From positions 803-64,802 of IMG/VR virus record IMGVR_UViG_3300008262_000042: DNA of 64,000 bases; one strand, 5' to 3'. Below are positions 17,888 through 28,153 of the stretch, one piece after another. Numbering within the stretch: position 1 is the first letter of the stretch; each line of letters starts with the position of its first letter. This DNA is from a virus (Duplodnaviria > Heunggongvirae > Uroviricota > Caudoviricetes). The notes beneath the pieces are model-generated. The model was given only the letters and a program-made list of their open reading frames with translations. It was not told the DNA's origin and ran no database searches. A program made the translations under genes and the position numbers.

Positions 17888-19063
17888 CTAAATTTTTATG
17901 AATTTACTTGTATAATATTCGTCGTCTAATCTAATTAGATTTTTTTCGTAAGTGTCTAAACTTTTAATAGTTATCTTAAATATATCTAATTCGAATTCTC
18001 CAATATCTCCAGACTCTATGATTATGTCAGCTAATTGTTGTATTATTCTAAAACTATCATTTGTTAGTTTATTTGCATCAAATTCAATTACTATATTATT
18101 TTCACTAATAGGATCATTAAATCCTTTTAATAACACTCTTTTACTTAAATCAAACTTTGTATTGCTTTGTTCATTTTCTATGTATGCTATAGTAATAACT
18201 TGCATTGTATCATCTATGTATATTCTATCGCACCACGGTTCAAGTATTTGTAAAGCTTGTAAAGTGCAGTTAGATACAACAAACGCTATATTATATTTAG
18301 TTGTTGATGATCTATTTCCCCATTTTCTAATATAATTACGATTTGATTTAACTTCTATTAGCTTTGTAGTATTAATATATTCTTCTGAAAATCTAGATGT
18401 TTTACTAACGAAATGATAGCAAATTGCATCTAATATAGTTATACATTCTAATCCTAAAAGTTTTAATCTCATTATTAGATCATCATCTTCACAAAACATA
18501 GGATTAAATAAATTATCCATTCCTTTAATGCTTAGTAATAGATTTCTAGATAAACACATAAAAAATGTTATGCCTTGCTCATATTTATTTTCATATGATT
18601 TTTGAGCTTCTTTTGCAAATTCGTAAAAACTACTAAGATTGAAGGTTTCAAGATCAATTCCAAAATCTCTAATAATCTTACCAGGTCTTTCATGGTCTGA
18701 GAAGATCGGTGGTTCAACAGTTGTATACGATATAACTTTATTTACACTTATGTGTTTTATTAGATTCTCTATAAAATTAGGAGCTAATACTATATCATTA
18801 TGTAAATAAACAACATACTCTTTTGTTGAAATCTCTGCAGCTTTATTAAATGTATCTGAAAATGTTCCATACTCTTTAGAATAATAATATTTTAAATAAG
18901 CGTCATTTAGTGAATCTAACCACTCATGTGTACCATCAGTTGATGCATAACTAACAAAACAAATCTCAATCTTTGGATAAAGTGCTCTTGTTGTTTTATA
19001 AAAATGTTTAGTATAGTCTAGATTATTTTTTAATCCAACTAATAATGAAATATTATTTTTCAT
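17888..19063 (-). CDS. glycosyltransferase, GT2-like (391 aa)
   Basis: N-terminal GT-A-like region with YLHNDIVLAP (DxD-like); first gene of the sugar island. Confidence 0.45.
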   Translation of the reverse strand: MKNNISLLVGLKNNLDYTKHFYKTTRALYPKIEICFVSYASTDGTHEWLDSLNDAYLKYYYSKEYGTFSDTFNKAAEISTKEYVVYLHNDIVLAPNFIENLIKHISVNKVISYTTVEPPIFSDHERPGKIIRDFGIDLETFNLSSFYEFAKEAQKSYENKYEQGITFFMCLSRNLLLSIKGMDNLFNPMFCEDDDLIMRLKLLGLECITILDAICYHFVSKTSRFSEEYINTTKLIEVKSNRNYIRKWGNRSSTTKYNIAFVVSNCTLQALQILEPWCDRIYIDDTMQVITIAYIENEQSNTKFDLSKRVLLKGFNDPISENNIVIEFDANKLTNDSFRIIQQLADIIIESGDIGEFELDIFKITIKSLDTYEKNLIRLDDEYYTSKFIKI

Positions 19064-19934
19064 TCTTAATACTTGTTAATAATTTATTATATAATTCAAT
19101 ATGTGAAATAGCAATCTTCTTACTGTCGCATAGCTCTATAATATTCGCAGGTTGATCTACTTCTATATTAAGAATATTTCCATGAATGTCTATTATATAC
19201 ATATAACCTGGAATTCCACAACACCATCCTTCAAGAGTCGTACGACCTAGTAGAATACCGCCTGTAAAGTGCATCTGCTTAACAATAGTTTCAGTATTCC
19301 ATCGCTTATCTAGATACTTTATATTAGGATGATTAAATTGAAATCTACTTTCACTCATTATATATAAATCCCAATCATTTTTAATACATTCATTAGCTAA
19401 GTGAGATATTGCACTAAATCGAATAGGATCTAATACTTCTCCTACAAATATTCCAGAATATCTATCTAGTTTATTTATATATTCTAAATTAAATCTGCTT
19501 TGATCTATTGGATTATATATCAAAGATACTTTACTCTCAGGTATATTATATTGATCTATTAGCATTTTCTTTATAGGCTCTCTTATAGCGATATAGTGAA
19601 AAATATTAGAGTCGATAATTGGATCTTCTGATCTTATTTCTGAATGTATTATACTTACGAGTGGTGTATTTTTAAAATTACTAAGCATATATGAATTAAC
19701 TTGTGGTTGACTTGCCACAATAATATCATATTTTTCATTAGTATCTATATTTGTTAAATCCAATTGTTTAATACCACTTAACTTTAATCTAGTTTGATCT
19801 GCATTATCAATATTACGTAAAGTAAATAACGTAACTTCATGGCCTAAATAATTTAATTCTCTAACTAATTCATAGTGATATAATTCACTTCCTCCTAAAC
19901 CATTTACATTTAAGCAACCAATTAATATCTTCAT
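19053..19934 (-). CDS. glycosyltransferase, GT4/GT-B N-terminal-like (293 aa)
   Basis: MKILIGCLNVNGLGGSELYHYELVREL matches the GT4 N-terminal GGxE pattern. Confidence 0.45.
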   Translation of the reverse strand: MKILIGCLNVNGLGGSELYHYELVRELNYLGHEVTLFTLRNIDNADQTRLKLSGIKQLDLTNIDTNEKYDIIVASQPQVNSYMLSNFKNTPLVSIIHSEIRSEDPIIDSNIFHYIAIREPIKKMLIDQYNIPESKVSLIYNPIDQSRFNLEYINKLDRYSGIFVGEVLDPIRFSAISHLANECIKNDWDLYIMSESRFQFNHPNIKYLDKRWNTETIVKQMHFTGGILLGRTTLEGWCCGIPGYMYIIDIHGNILNIEVDQPANIIELCDSKKIAISHIELYNKLLTSIKNEK

Positions 19935-20704
19935 AATGTCATTTTTTTATATACCTCTAATATACCTTGTTCTAATCCTATATAATCTATATTGTAAGGT
20001 ATAAGTTTATTTGATATATAGTCATCTATTTTAGCATTTTCAACATTTATATGTACTTTATAATCACTTAAATTATTTATTAAATTTGCTATCTCTAATA
20101 GACTAATAGATCTTGAATAAGCACAATCAACATCCTTAAGTAATAAACTTTGGTCATTTTCTATATAATATTCAATGACTTTAATTAAGTCTTTCATATA
20201 GAAAAAAGTCATTTTTTTATTTTGAATATTCATAGATTGTTTACCAATGTATCTTAGTAAATTTGCTCTTATAAATCTTGTATCTAACTCATACTCATTA
20301 AATACACCGAATATTCTTATATTATAAAAACCATCTTTTTGCAAAATAGAATTAGCTATTATTCTTTTACTTATACCATATGGAGATTCTGGACTATTGA
20401 TTTCTGCGCCTGATGCAAGATTAATAAACATTCCATAATTTTCTTTACATTGTAATAGATTATAGTACATTGTTAAATTATCATCAACTACATTCCAATC
20501 ATCTTTCTTAAGTCTACTTCCACCAACTATTGCACAATGTAATATAATATCAAAATATTGGCCTTTAAAATAATCTAATGTTGATTTAGACGATGTTAGA
20601 TCAAATAGATCTCGTGTATGAGCCACTATTTCATATTTGTCTTTTAACGCTAAATATAAGCTATAGCCTATATAACCTCTTGATCCGGTTATTAGTATTC
20701 GCAT
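19931..20704 (-). CDS. NAD(P)-dependent sugar epimerase/reductase (short-chain, RmlD-like)
   Basis: Rossmann N-terminus MRILITGSRGYIGYSLYLAL; ~257 aa, typical of NDP-sugar reductases/epimerases. Confidence 0.65.
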   Translation of the reverse strand: MRILITGSRGYIGYSLYLALKDKYEIVAHTRDLFDLTSSKSTLDYFKGQYFDIILHCAIVGGSRLKKDDWNVVDDNLTMYYNLLQCKENYGMFINLASGAEINSPESPYGISKRIIANSILQKDGFYNIRIFGVFNEYELDTRFIRANLLRYIGKQSMNIQNKKMTFFYMKDLIKVIEYYIENDQSLLLKDVDCAYSRSISLLEIANLINNLSDYKVHINVENAKIDDYISNKLIPYNIDYIGLEQGILEVYKKMTL

Positions 20705-21241
20705 TTATTTTTCTTTTGAATAATCACCGAACTCAACAATAATAGTACTTTTTCCATCTGTTCTATTTAAAGCATATTCGTAACTTGGAACAATATCTTT
20801 TGGTTCATGTAATTCAATAACTTGTATTGTTTTACACATAGATCTAAACGCATCAGAAAAATTACCCTTATGTTGATCTTGTGGATCTACTGGTCTTTCA
20901 CTACCTACTGCTACTCTTATAATTGCTTTTGGAGTGCATCTACCATCTGACATTAGTGAAAATTTATCTAAATGATTGATTATTTGATCTGTACCCATTA
21001 ATAAAAAATTCCATCTAGGTATTATAGAAACTGGTATATATCCATTTAAAGCTAATCCGTTTACTACACCGCATTGTAAATACTCAGCTACTGGAAATTC
21101 CATTTTTTTATTAGGACTAATATGTTCTAATGTATCATATAATCCGGTTCCAGCATATTCAACTGCTTGTCCTATGAATACAACCTTATCATTTAACGAT
21201 AACATAGTCATCGCTTTTTTTAACTCTTCAAAATATTTCAT
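20705..21241 (-). CDS. transketolase-like TPP enzyme, C-terminal (pyrimidine-binding) subunit
   Basis: 178 aa with the transketolase Pyr-domain pattern (FIGQAVEYAGTGLYDTL...EYLQCGVVNGLALNG); paired with the N-terminal subunit gene immediately upstream. Confidence 0.55.
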   Translation of the reverse strand: MKYFEELKKAMTMLSLNDKVVFIGQAVEYAGTGLYDTLEHISPNKKMEFPVAEYLQCGVVNGLALNGYIPVSIIPRWNFLLMGTDQIINHLDKFSLMSDGRCTPKAIIRVAVGSERPVDPQDQHKGNFSDAFRSMCKTIQVIELHEPKDIVPSYEYALNRTDGKSTIIVEFGDYSKEK

Positions 21242-21253
21242 AATTTGTATAAT

Positions 21254-21904
21254 TTAAAATTGAACTCGTTGACCAGCTCCAGCATGCGGATATTTTTTAT
21301 TTTCATATTCATAATAAACTAAATTTGATTGTTTATATATGCAATTATTTTTTATATCATTTATAAATCGATCTTTATCATCTATAAAATAGGGTGTAGA
21401 TCTTTTCCATACATCATCAGTTGGAGTTAATACAGATAATTTATTTGATTCTACTACGAACGTTATTGGTAGATTGTAGTTTCTAGAATATTTATATGCT
21501 TCATGAAAATTACCTGTCTCAGCAGACATATCACCTATCCAACACCAAACATGGCCGGTACTGCCTCTTAATTTATTTCCCAAAGCTATTCCAGTAGCTA
21601 TTGATGGAATTCCTCCTACAATAGAGCTACATATAAATTTATATTCTGGGAGTGTTTGAATCATGGATTTGCCCTTAATGATTTCATTCTTTAGAAGATC
21701 TGCAGGTATACCTTTTAATAAAGCTTGATAGTGATTTCTCCAAGTACAACATACCCAATCATTAGTAATATCTACACTATTAAATACGCTAACTATCTTT
21801 TCCTCATTTCCACTATATAAATGTATTGGAGCTTTTATTTTTTTATTATTAAATAGACTAGCTATTTCATTTTCAAATTCAATTAATTGTTCTATTGTTA
21901 CCAT
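21254..21904 (-). CDS. transketolase-like TPP enzyme, N-terminal (TPP-binding) subunit
   Basis: GHVWCWIGDMSAETGNFHEAYKYSRNYNLPITFVVESNKLSV resembles the TPP-binding GDG...N region of split transketolases. Confidence 0.55.
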   Translation of the reverse strand: MVTIEQLIEFENEIASLFNNKKIKAPIHLYSGNEEKIVSVFNSVDITNDWVCCTWRNHYQALLKGIPADLLKNEIIKGKSMIQTLPEYKFICSSIVGGIPSIATGIALGNKLRGSTGHVWCWIGDMSAETGNFHEAYKYSRNYNLPITFVVESNKLSVLTPTDDVWKRSTPYFIDDKDRFINDIKNNCIYKQSNLVYYEYENKKYPHAGAGQRVQF

Positions 21905-22854
21905 ATAAATTTGTTATTGTAGTAATTTACTATATTTTTTATTTCAATGTTAAATTTCTTTTTTGGTGTCCATCCTAAAGATCTAAGCTTATTATCATTT
22001 AATGCATATCGTATATCTTGACCTGGTCTACTATATGAAAAGTCTATGTAGTTTAAATATGACTCATGCTCTGGTATTCCGTAAAATTCAATTACTTGCT
22101 TAATAGTGTCTATGTTTTGTTGCTCAAATCCTCCAGATATATTATAAATTTCTCCAATAGTTCCCTTATCAATAATTGTTATAACTGCGTGAGCTGTATC
22201 TTCTGCGTGTAGCCAAGTTCTATAAGGTTCTCCATTATTATGTAAAGGTATTCTTCTCCCTAAATTCAAAAATTTAACAGCTTTAGGTATTAATTTTTCA
22301 ACATATTGCCCTATTCCATAATTATTTGTAGGTCTTAGTATTATATACGGTATATTATGTGTTCTACCCCAAGCCATTATTAGCATATCTGCAGCTGCTT
22401 TTGTAGCTGAATATGGATTTGATGGCTTAAGCATATCTATTTCTATATGCTCTCCTAATCCTATATCTCCATAAACTTCATCTGTACTAAAATGTATCAA
22501 TGTTGGTTTTTTTGAATTCTCAGCTCTATAATTCTTTATTAGCTCTAAAAGATTATGTACACCATCTATATTAGATTTTACAAACTCAGTACTACTTACA
22601 ATACTATTTCCAACATGAGTTTCTGCTGCTGTATTAATAACATAATCACAATCATATAAAAACGTAAGATCATTAATATCACAGTGTACAAAAGAAAAGT
22701 TTTTATATTTTTTAAACTCCTCTAATAGATATTTATTAGCCGCATATGTTATTTTATCTACGCCTTTCACATACCAACCTTTTTCTAAACATATTCTAGT
22801 TATGTAAGATCCTATAAATCCCAAACATCCAGTAATATATACTACTTTTATCAT
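21898..22854 (-). CDS. NDP-sugar 4,6-dehydratase (RmlB-like)
   Basis: N-terminal ITGCLGFIGSYITR (GxxGxxG) and catalytic YSATKAAADMLIMAW (YxxxK); 318 aa is typical of dTDP-glucose 4,6-dehydratases. Confidence 0.75.
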   Translation of the reverse strand: MIKVVYITGCLGFIGSYITRICLEKGWYVKGVDKITYAANKYLLEEFKKYKNFSFVHCDINDLTFLYDCDYVINTAAETHVGNSIVSSTEFVKSNIDGVHNLLELIKNYRAENSKKPTLIHFSTDEVYGDIGLGEHIEIDMLKPSNPYSATKAAADMLIMAWGRTHNIPYIILRPTNNYGIGQYVEKLIPKAVKFLNLGRRIPLHNNGEPYRTWLHAEDTAHAVITIIDKGTIGEIYNISGGFEQQNIDTIKQVIEFYGIPEHESYLNYIDFSYSRPGQDIRYALNDNKLRSLGWTPKKKFNIEIKNIVNYYNNKFIW

Positions 22855-22870
22855 TTTATAAAATATTAAT

Positions 22871-23599
22871 TTATATGTATTGATTAAAATGGGTTTTTAA
22901 TACCTCTTCTCTTTCATAATTAGTAATTCCAGTTAAATGAGCAATAAAACTTTCTTTAGTCCATTCATTTATTATTAAATTTTGTGCATTAGGTCCAGTT
23001 CGAACTGGATCATTTAACCACGTTTTAGTTTTTGTTAAACAAAGAGGAACGCTATTTAAGTATTTATGCTCTAAAATTTTAAAACAATTTACTATATCGT
23101 TATGTTGATGTATTATATTTAGTGTAATTTGTTCAGCCATAATATTATGTAAATAATATTGACTAGTTTCATAAAATTTATTGAATAAATCATTTACATC
23201 TTCTGTACGACGAATAATAAAATTCCCTGTGCTAAATCCATTTTTTCCAGCTGGACCTCCTTCATAGCATAACCAATCATATGAACTATAAAAAGTATGC
23301 TTACTATCTATCATATCATCTATAGTAATATTTGGATTTGTTATTATTGAATCTCCATCTAACCACATAACAACATCATATTGTTGTAATAATGTAAAAC
23401 ACTCCCAAGCTCTAACAAATCCTATATAAGATGTGCCTATATTTTTTTTAGTAAATCCACATTGTTCTATTTCATTAAAATGTCGTTTTATAATTAAGTC
23501 ATAACTATGTTGTTTACAATATTTTAATTTTGAATTTAATGTTAAATCTAAAACATTCCACATTGATTGATCAGCTCCAGTTACTACAACTTTATTCAT
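22871..23599 (-). CDS. putative nucleotide-diphospho-sugar transferase-like protein (242 aa)
   Basis: WLDGDSII DxD-like motif; weak. Confidence 0.3.
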   Translation of the reverse strand: MNKVVVTGADQSMWNVLDLTLNSKLKYCKQHSYDLIIKRHFNEIEQCGFTKKNIGTSYIGFVRAWECFTLLQQYDVVMWLDGDSIITNPNITIDDMIDSKHTFYSSYDWLCYEGGPAGKNGFSTGNFIIRRTEDVNDLFNKFYETSQYYLHNIMAEQITLNIIHQHNDIVNCFKILEHKYLNSVPLCLTKTKTWLNDPVRTGPNAQNLIINEWTKESFIAHLTGITNYEREEVLKTHFNQYI

Positions 23600-25242
23600 A
23601 TTAAATCTTTTAAATATATGTTATATAGTTTATCGTTATTATAAGCATACTTTAAGGCTACTTCAAAATTATGTTTAACATATATTAACATACTTTCATA
23701 GGTTTCTTCATTTAGATTATTAACTATGTTAATTAATTCATCTATTGTATTAAATGTAATAATACCGTTTGTATTAAAAAAATTACCAATATTTGTGCAA
23801 CCTCTATATATTGGGATAGTTCCAGTTAAAAAGCAATCTAATATTTTTTCTGTAAAATAATTATCTGAAATGCCATTCTCAATTGCAATTGAAAATCTAT
23901 AATCTTTTAATGCTTCTATTTTTCCTGTTACTTCATGATACCCAACGCCTCTAATATCTATTGTAGAACCTAGTTCTTTTAAAGAATTAACACACGCAAC
24001 TCTAAATCTATGGCCATCAGTAATAGTTTTATTAGAAGTTATAAAAGATACTAATTTTGTTTTTTCGTAAATATTATATAAACCTTCATCTGATAAAACT
24101 GGATATTCTAAGGAGTGCACATTCTTATTTAAGACAACCTCATATCCTCCATTTCTAAAAACAGCATTAGGTAACTCTAGTAATTGAGGATCATAGGTTA
24201 GTATACGATCAAATTTTTCATAATTTTTAAATACAATTTCATATACGCTATTATGTTCTAATAAGTGCCTAGGTTCGTGTATATCTGCAACTATTTTTCC
24301 TCGTTTAATAGGAATTTCTCCATTAATATACTTGATTATTTCTGTATCTTGAATTAAGGTAACATCAAATTCTCCATTTAATTGATTGTACACATAAGAA
24401 AATAATGTTGGAATCGTATTTCTTTCTCTATATTCTCCAAATACATTTACTAATGGAAGTTTATCTCCTGATAGTCCTTCTTTATATTTTTTTCTATTTC
24501 TAATTTCAACTTCAAACTTATGATTCTCTATTGATTGTCTTTCTTGAGATCTTACTTGGTTTTTTGGTGTCATATTATAAACGCATGTGAAGAAATCAGG
24601 TACGCCTATTTTATTTTTTGGACACATCTCTTGATAGATACAACCCCAAGCGACATCTATAGCATGCCAATAATAATCGCCTGTAATAAGCGATTTTAAA
24701 TCTATCTTATTTATACTTTTAAATAAAAATTTACGGTATGTTCTTAGATGACTCGCTTTAAACATATCTCTCCTATAGAGTTTATGATCATGTACAAAAT
24801 TTTCATGAGGTACACCATATACTGTAGATTCTATAAGTCTATCAGATCCATCATAACATACGAATCTACCATAAGTCATCCAATAATCATAGTCATTATA
24901 TAGTTTATTTAAGTTCGAAAGAGTGTTCTCATCAAAAAACCAATCGTCACCATCTAAATGCACTAATATATCATCATCGCTATCAGACGCAAAATCTATA
25001 TATTCAACATAATTATAAGCTGCTCCTTTATTTTCATCATTTCTTATTAACGTAAATCGACTATCATGCTCTATTATTGATTTTACTTTTTCATACGTGC
25101 CATCAATCGACGCATCATCTATATATAACACTTTAAAATTGTCATATGTTTGATTTATTATACTGGCTAAATTATATTCTACCCAATCTTCGTTATTATA
25201 TGAAGGCGTAATTATTACAAACCTATTTTGTTTTTCCATCAA
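23596..25242 (-). CDS. two-domain glycosyltransferase (GT2 N-terminal domain + second GT-like domain)
   Basis: Classic GT2 N-terminus FVIITPSYNNEDWVEYNLASIINQTYDNFKVLYIDDASIDGT; a long C-terminal extension carries a second transferase-like domain. Confidence 0.6.
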   Translation of the reverse strand: MMEKQNRFVIITPSYNNEDWVEYNLASIINQTYDNFKVLYIDDASIDGTYEKVKSIIEHDSRFTLIRNDENKGAAYNYVEYIDFASDSDDDILVHLDGDDWFFDENTLSNLNKLYNDYDYWMTYGRFVCYDGSDRLIESTVYGVPHENFVHDHKLYRRDMFKASHLRTYRKFLFKSINKIDLKSLITGDYYWHAIDVAWGCIYQEMCPKNKIGVPDFFTCVYNMTPKNQVRSQERQSIENHKFEVEIRNRKKYKEGLSGDKLPLVNVFGEYRERNTIPTLFSYVYNQLNGEFDVTLIQDTEIIKYINGEIPIKRGKIVADIHEPRHLLEHNSVYEIVFKNYEKFDRILTYDPQLLELPNAVFRNGGYEVVLNKNVHSLEYPVLSDEGLYNIYEKTKLVSFITSNKTITDGHRFRVACVNSLKELGSTIDIRGVGYHEVTGKIEALKDYRFSIAIENGISDNYFTEKILDCFLTGTIPIYRGCTNIGNFFNTNGIITFNTIDELINIVNNLNEETYESMLIYVKHNFEVALKYAYNNDKLYNIYLKDLI

Positions 25243-26551
25243 TAAATTTGTTTAATACAACTTCTATATAATCAATCTTTTCTTTATCTATTACTGGAGA
25301 TGTGCCTAGAAAGAATGTATCGGTTGTAACCTTTCTTGCGATTGGATATTTTTCTATTACTTCTTTTGGATCCATCAAACCCGCATACGCTGGTTGCAAC
25401 ATTATATTTCCAGCAAAATACGGTCTTGTTTGTATTTTATTAGATTCAAAAAATTTACAAATATCTGATCTTTTAAATGGAGCACCATCTTTTATAGTAA
25501 TTGGAAAAGCAAACCAATCTACATCTGCGCCTAATTGAGCTTCATGTAAGTGGAAATATTCATTATATTTAGAAAAAACATTATATAGGTTTTTATAGTT
25601 ATTTCTTCTTTTTATACCTATTTCCTCTAATTTTTCCATTTGCACTAATCCAATAGAGGCCTGTAATTCTATGGGTTTTAGATTATACCCTATTTCTTCA
25701 TATACATACTTATGATCAAATAATTCGTCTGGTATACTTGGCACCCAATTATTAAATCTGCAACCACATGCTCCATTTTCTAATAGATTCTGTTTACCAA
25801 TACAAAAACAACCTCTTCCCCATTCTCTAAAACTTCTTATAACTCTTTCTAGTATAGGATCGTCTACTGCTACAAATCCGCCTTCTCCCATAGTTATATG
25901 ATGCGCTGGATAGAAAGAACAACTTGCCATTTTACCGAAAGATCCTAAAGGTTTCCCTTCATAAGTTGAACCAAGTGCATCACAACAATCTTCAAGTAAT
26001 ACTAATTTGTATTTTTCTACAATCTCCATTAACCTTTTCATATTCGGAGGATTACCAAGAACATGCGCAAAAGTTATTATTTTTACATCTGGATTTTCTA
26101 TGCATGCTTGCTCTACTTGATCTAAATCTAAATTAAGTGTATCTAATTCTATGTCTACAAATATTGGCTTAAATCCTACTTGCAATATTGGATTTATAGT
26201 TGTTGGAAATCCAGCTATAGGCGTAATTACTTTGGTGCCTTTAGGTAAATTAGCATATCTTTTTGAAGTCATTGCTAACATCATCAATAGATTTGCGCTA
26301 GATCCACTATTTGTTAGTAAACCAAAATTTTTACCAAGTTTTTTAGGAAATTTTCTTTCAAACTTTGTAGCTTCAGCACCTAATACTAGCCACTCGCTTA
26401 ATAGAGTTTTAACAGCTACTATATACTCTGCTGAATCAAAATATGGACCTGCATATTGAACCCAATCTTCTCCAGCTTTCCATGATTTTTTGCTGTGTTT
26501 ATCTTTTATATATTGATCAACTAGTGATACTATTTCTTTTTCCGTAACCAT
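25223..26551 (-). CDS. DegT/DnrJ/EryC1-family PLP/PMP enzyme, E1 (DdhC/RfbH)-like NDP-4-keto-6-deoxyhexose 3-dehydrase
   Basis: Aspartate-aminotransferase-fold sugar-aminotransferase architecture (GSSANLLMM..., DALGSTYEGKPLGSFG). The position of the PLP lysine reads SFYPAHHITMGEGG (His instead of Lys). A Cys-rich segment GCFCIGKQNLLENGACGCRF follows. Confidence 0.65.
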   Translation of the reverse strand: MVTEKEIVSLVDQYIKDKHSKKSWKAGEDWVQYAGPYFDSAEYIVAVKTLLSEWLVLGAEATKFERKFPKKLGKNFGLLTNSGSSANLLMMLAMTSKRYANLPKGTKVITPIAGFPTTINPILQVGFKPIFVDIELDTLNLDLDQVEQACIENPDVKIITFAHVLGNPPNMKRLMEIVEKYKLVLLEDCCDALGSTYEGKPLGSFGKMASCSFYPAHHITMGEGGFVAVDDPILERVIRSFREWGRGCFCIGKQNLLENGACGCRFNNWVPSIPDELFDHKYVYEEIGYNLKPIELQASIGLVQMEKLEEIGIKRRNNYKNLYNVFSKYNEYFHLHEAQLGADVDWFAFPITIKDGAPFKRSDICKFFESNKIQTRPYFAGNIMLQPAYAGLMDPKEVIEKYPIARKVTTDTFFLGTSPVIDKEKIDYIEVVLNKFIDGKTK

Positions 26552-26558
26552 TTTTTAT

Positions 26559-26807
26559 TTATAAACTATTTAGATCTAAATTAGAGTTATTCATCTTAAT
26601 TATCAAATCCACAAGAGTGCTAATTTGTGTACTCTTTATAACATTATCGCAATTTATATTATTCCAATAATCATTGTATTTATCTCTTGGAATAGCATTC
26701 CAAACTTTACTTATTGGATTATAATGAAATATCCAATTAAATAAACAATCATTTTCTTCTGAATTTGGATATACATTTTCGTAATCCTGATAAGTATTTT
26801 GTTTCAT
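26559..26807 (-). CDS. hypothetical protein (82 aa)
   Basis: Minus-strand ORF. Confidence 0.3.
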   Translation of the reverse strand: MKQNTYQDYENVYPNSEENDCLFNWIFHYNPISKVWNAIPRDKYNDYWNNINCDNVIKSTQISTLVDLIIKMNNSNLDLNSL

Positions 26808-26810
26808 GCT

Positions 26811-27446
26811 TTATATTTTACTGTAAAAATTATTTTGTTGCTCTTGTTTAGCTATGTCTTTATTATGATGTAAACACCAATCTAAACTATCTGTAGGAAA
26901 CTCTGCTATATGAGAATAACCGACTATTCGTTCATGCACTTTTCCTTCCCATTTTATATTAACTTTATTTCTAACTATCCTACTTTGATAATCTGGCCAG
27001 TTAATTAGTCCATCAGGATCGACTCTCCAATTCCATACTTTTATATGCTCTTGTGTTAGTCCTTTAACCGTATTTGCTCTTGGTACCATGAATAGATCAA
27101 CTGGATTGCTATCTAATACTTGATGTAGATAGTACAACATATTCTCAGATAAAGTTTCGTCAGCATCTATGAAGTAAATATAATCTTTTTTACAATTACT
27201 TTTTAAATTATTTTTAAAGTCTGCGAAATTTTTATTTAGCTTATATGTTATATATCTTACTCTACTATCAGAATCAATAAGCTGTTCAATATACTTCTTT
27301 ATCGATAATGCATCGCTATCTGTACATTCATCTTGTTGAATTACAATCTCATCATTTTCTTTTATACAAGGTAACAACTGTTTAATAAGTCTTTTGAATT
27401 CTTTGTATTCGTTACAGCAAGTTATAGCGTAAGATATAGTTATCAT
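26811..27446 (-). CDS. glycosyltransferase family 2-like (211 aa)
   Basis: N-terminal ITISYAITCCNEYKEFKRLIKQL and DEIVIQQDE resemble the GT-A fold. Confidence 0.5.
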   Translation of the reverse strand: MITISYAITCCNEYKEFKRLIKQLLPCIKENDEIVIQQDECTDSDALSIKKYIEQLIDSDSRVRYITYKLNKNFADFKNNLKSNCKKDYIYFIDADETLSENMLYYLHQVLDSNPVDLFMVPRANTVKGLTQEHIKVWNWRVDPDGLINWPDYQSRIVRNKVNIKWEGKVHERIVGYSHIAEFPTDSLDWCLHHNKDIAKQEQQNNFYSKI

Positions 27447-27455
27447 TTTGATGAT

Positions 27456-27938
27456 TTATATTAAATCTAAATATTCTAATGCGCTTACATAATCTGTTCC
27501 AAAATATTGCATACTACTTGGATCTGATTTATGAGATTTGTTTTTAAATACTGGTTTCTTCTTTTCTTGTTTTGTTAATGGTATATTTTTAATTGCACAC
27601 CATTGAGCATCTTCTTTACAAGTTCCATTCATAAAAATAGTGCCTCTATCTAGTATATTAACTACGGTCGGGTACCACACTCTTCCTTCAGAATCTATTT
27701 TCTTAAGATCTTTATATAGTTCTGGCATCTCTGCTTCGAATGTTTCAAAATCAAATTCCCCTTCTCTTGCTAAATCGTTTGATTGATGTCCACAACCTAA
27801 ACACATATATGCATTGTGAAATTCATTCATAGCTATAGAGTAGCAAGCGCCTTTTTCTCCGCATAGAGGACAATCTATTAGGTTGTCTTTTACTTTATCC
27901 ATGTAACACCTCCTTTGTAGTAGTAGTAGTAGTTCCAT
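27456..27938 (-). CDS. zinc-ribbon protein (160 aa)
   Basis: CPLCGEKGAC...CLGCGH Cys pairs. Confidence 0.35.
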   Translation of the reverse strand: MELLLLLQRRCYMDKVKDNLIDCPLCGEKGACYSIAMNEFHNAYMCLGCGHQSNDLAREGEFDFETFEAEMPELYKDLKKIDSEGRVWYPTVVNILDRGTIFMNGTCKEDAQWCAIKNIPLTKQEKKKPVFKNKSHKSDPSSMQYFGTDYVSALEYLDLI

Positions 27939-28152
27939 TTGAATCTGTAGTAGTGTACCAAAAAGGCTGTCCAGGTGGGACAGTCGGAGAATATGGACTA
28001 GTCCATGGATTAACTCCTATAGGAGATGGTGCACAAGTACTGTCTACCTTGTCTACTTCTTTTATTGCCTTTTCAATATCTATTTTCATTTGGCTATCTG
28101 TTTGTGCTGCTAGATAACCTTTTAGCCAATATACAAATTGTTCGTGTGTCAT
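27895..28152 (-). CDS. hypothetical Pro/Thr-rich protein (85 aa)
   Basis: Contains a TTTTTT run encoded by a (gta)n microsatellite; overlaps the downstream ORF by 44 nt. Confidence 0.3.
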   Translation of the reverse strand: MTHEQFVYWLKGYLAAQTDSQMKIDIEKAIKEVDKVDSTCAPSPIGVNPWTSPYSPTVPPGQPFWYTTTDSNGTTTTTTKEVLHG

Positions 28153-28153
28153 G

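Noticed and set aside
27917-27933. (gta)5-6 microsatellite
   Set aside because: Short, in-frame (encodes a poly-Thr run in ORF 27895..28152); no evidence of function beyond ordinary simple-sequence slippage potential.
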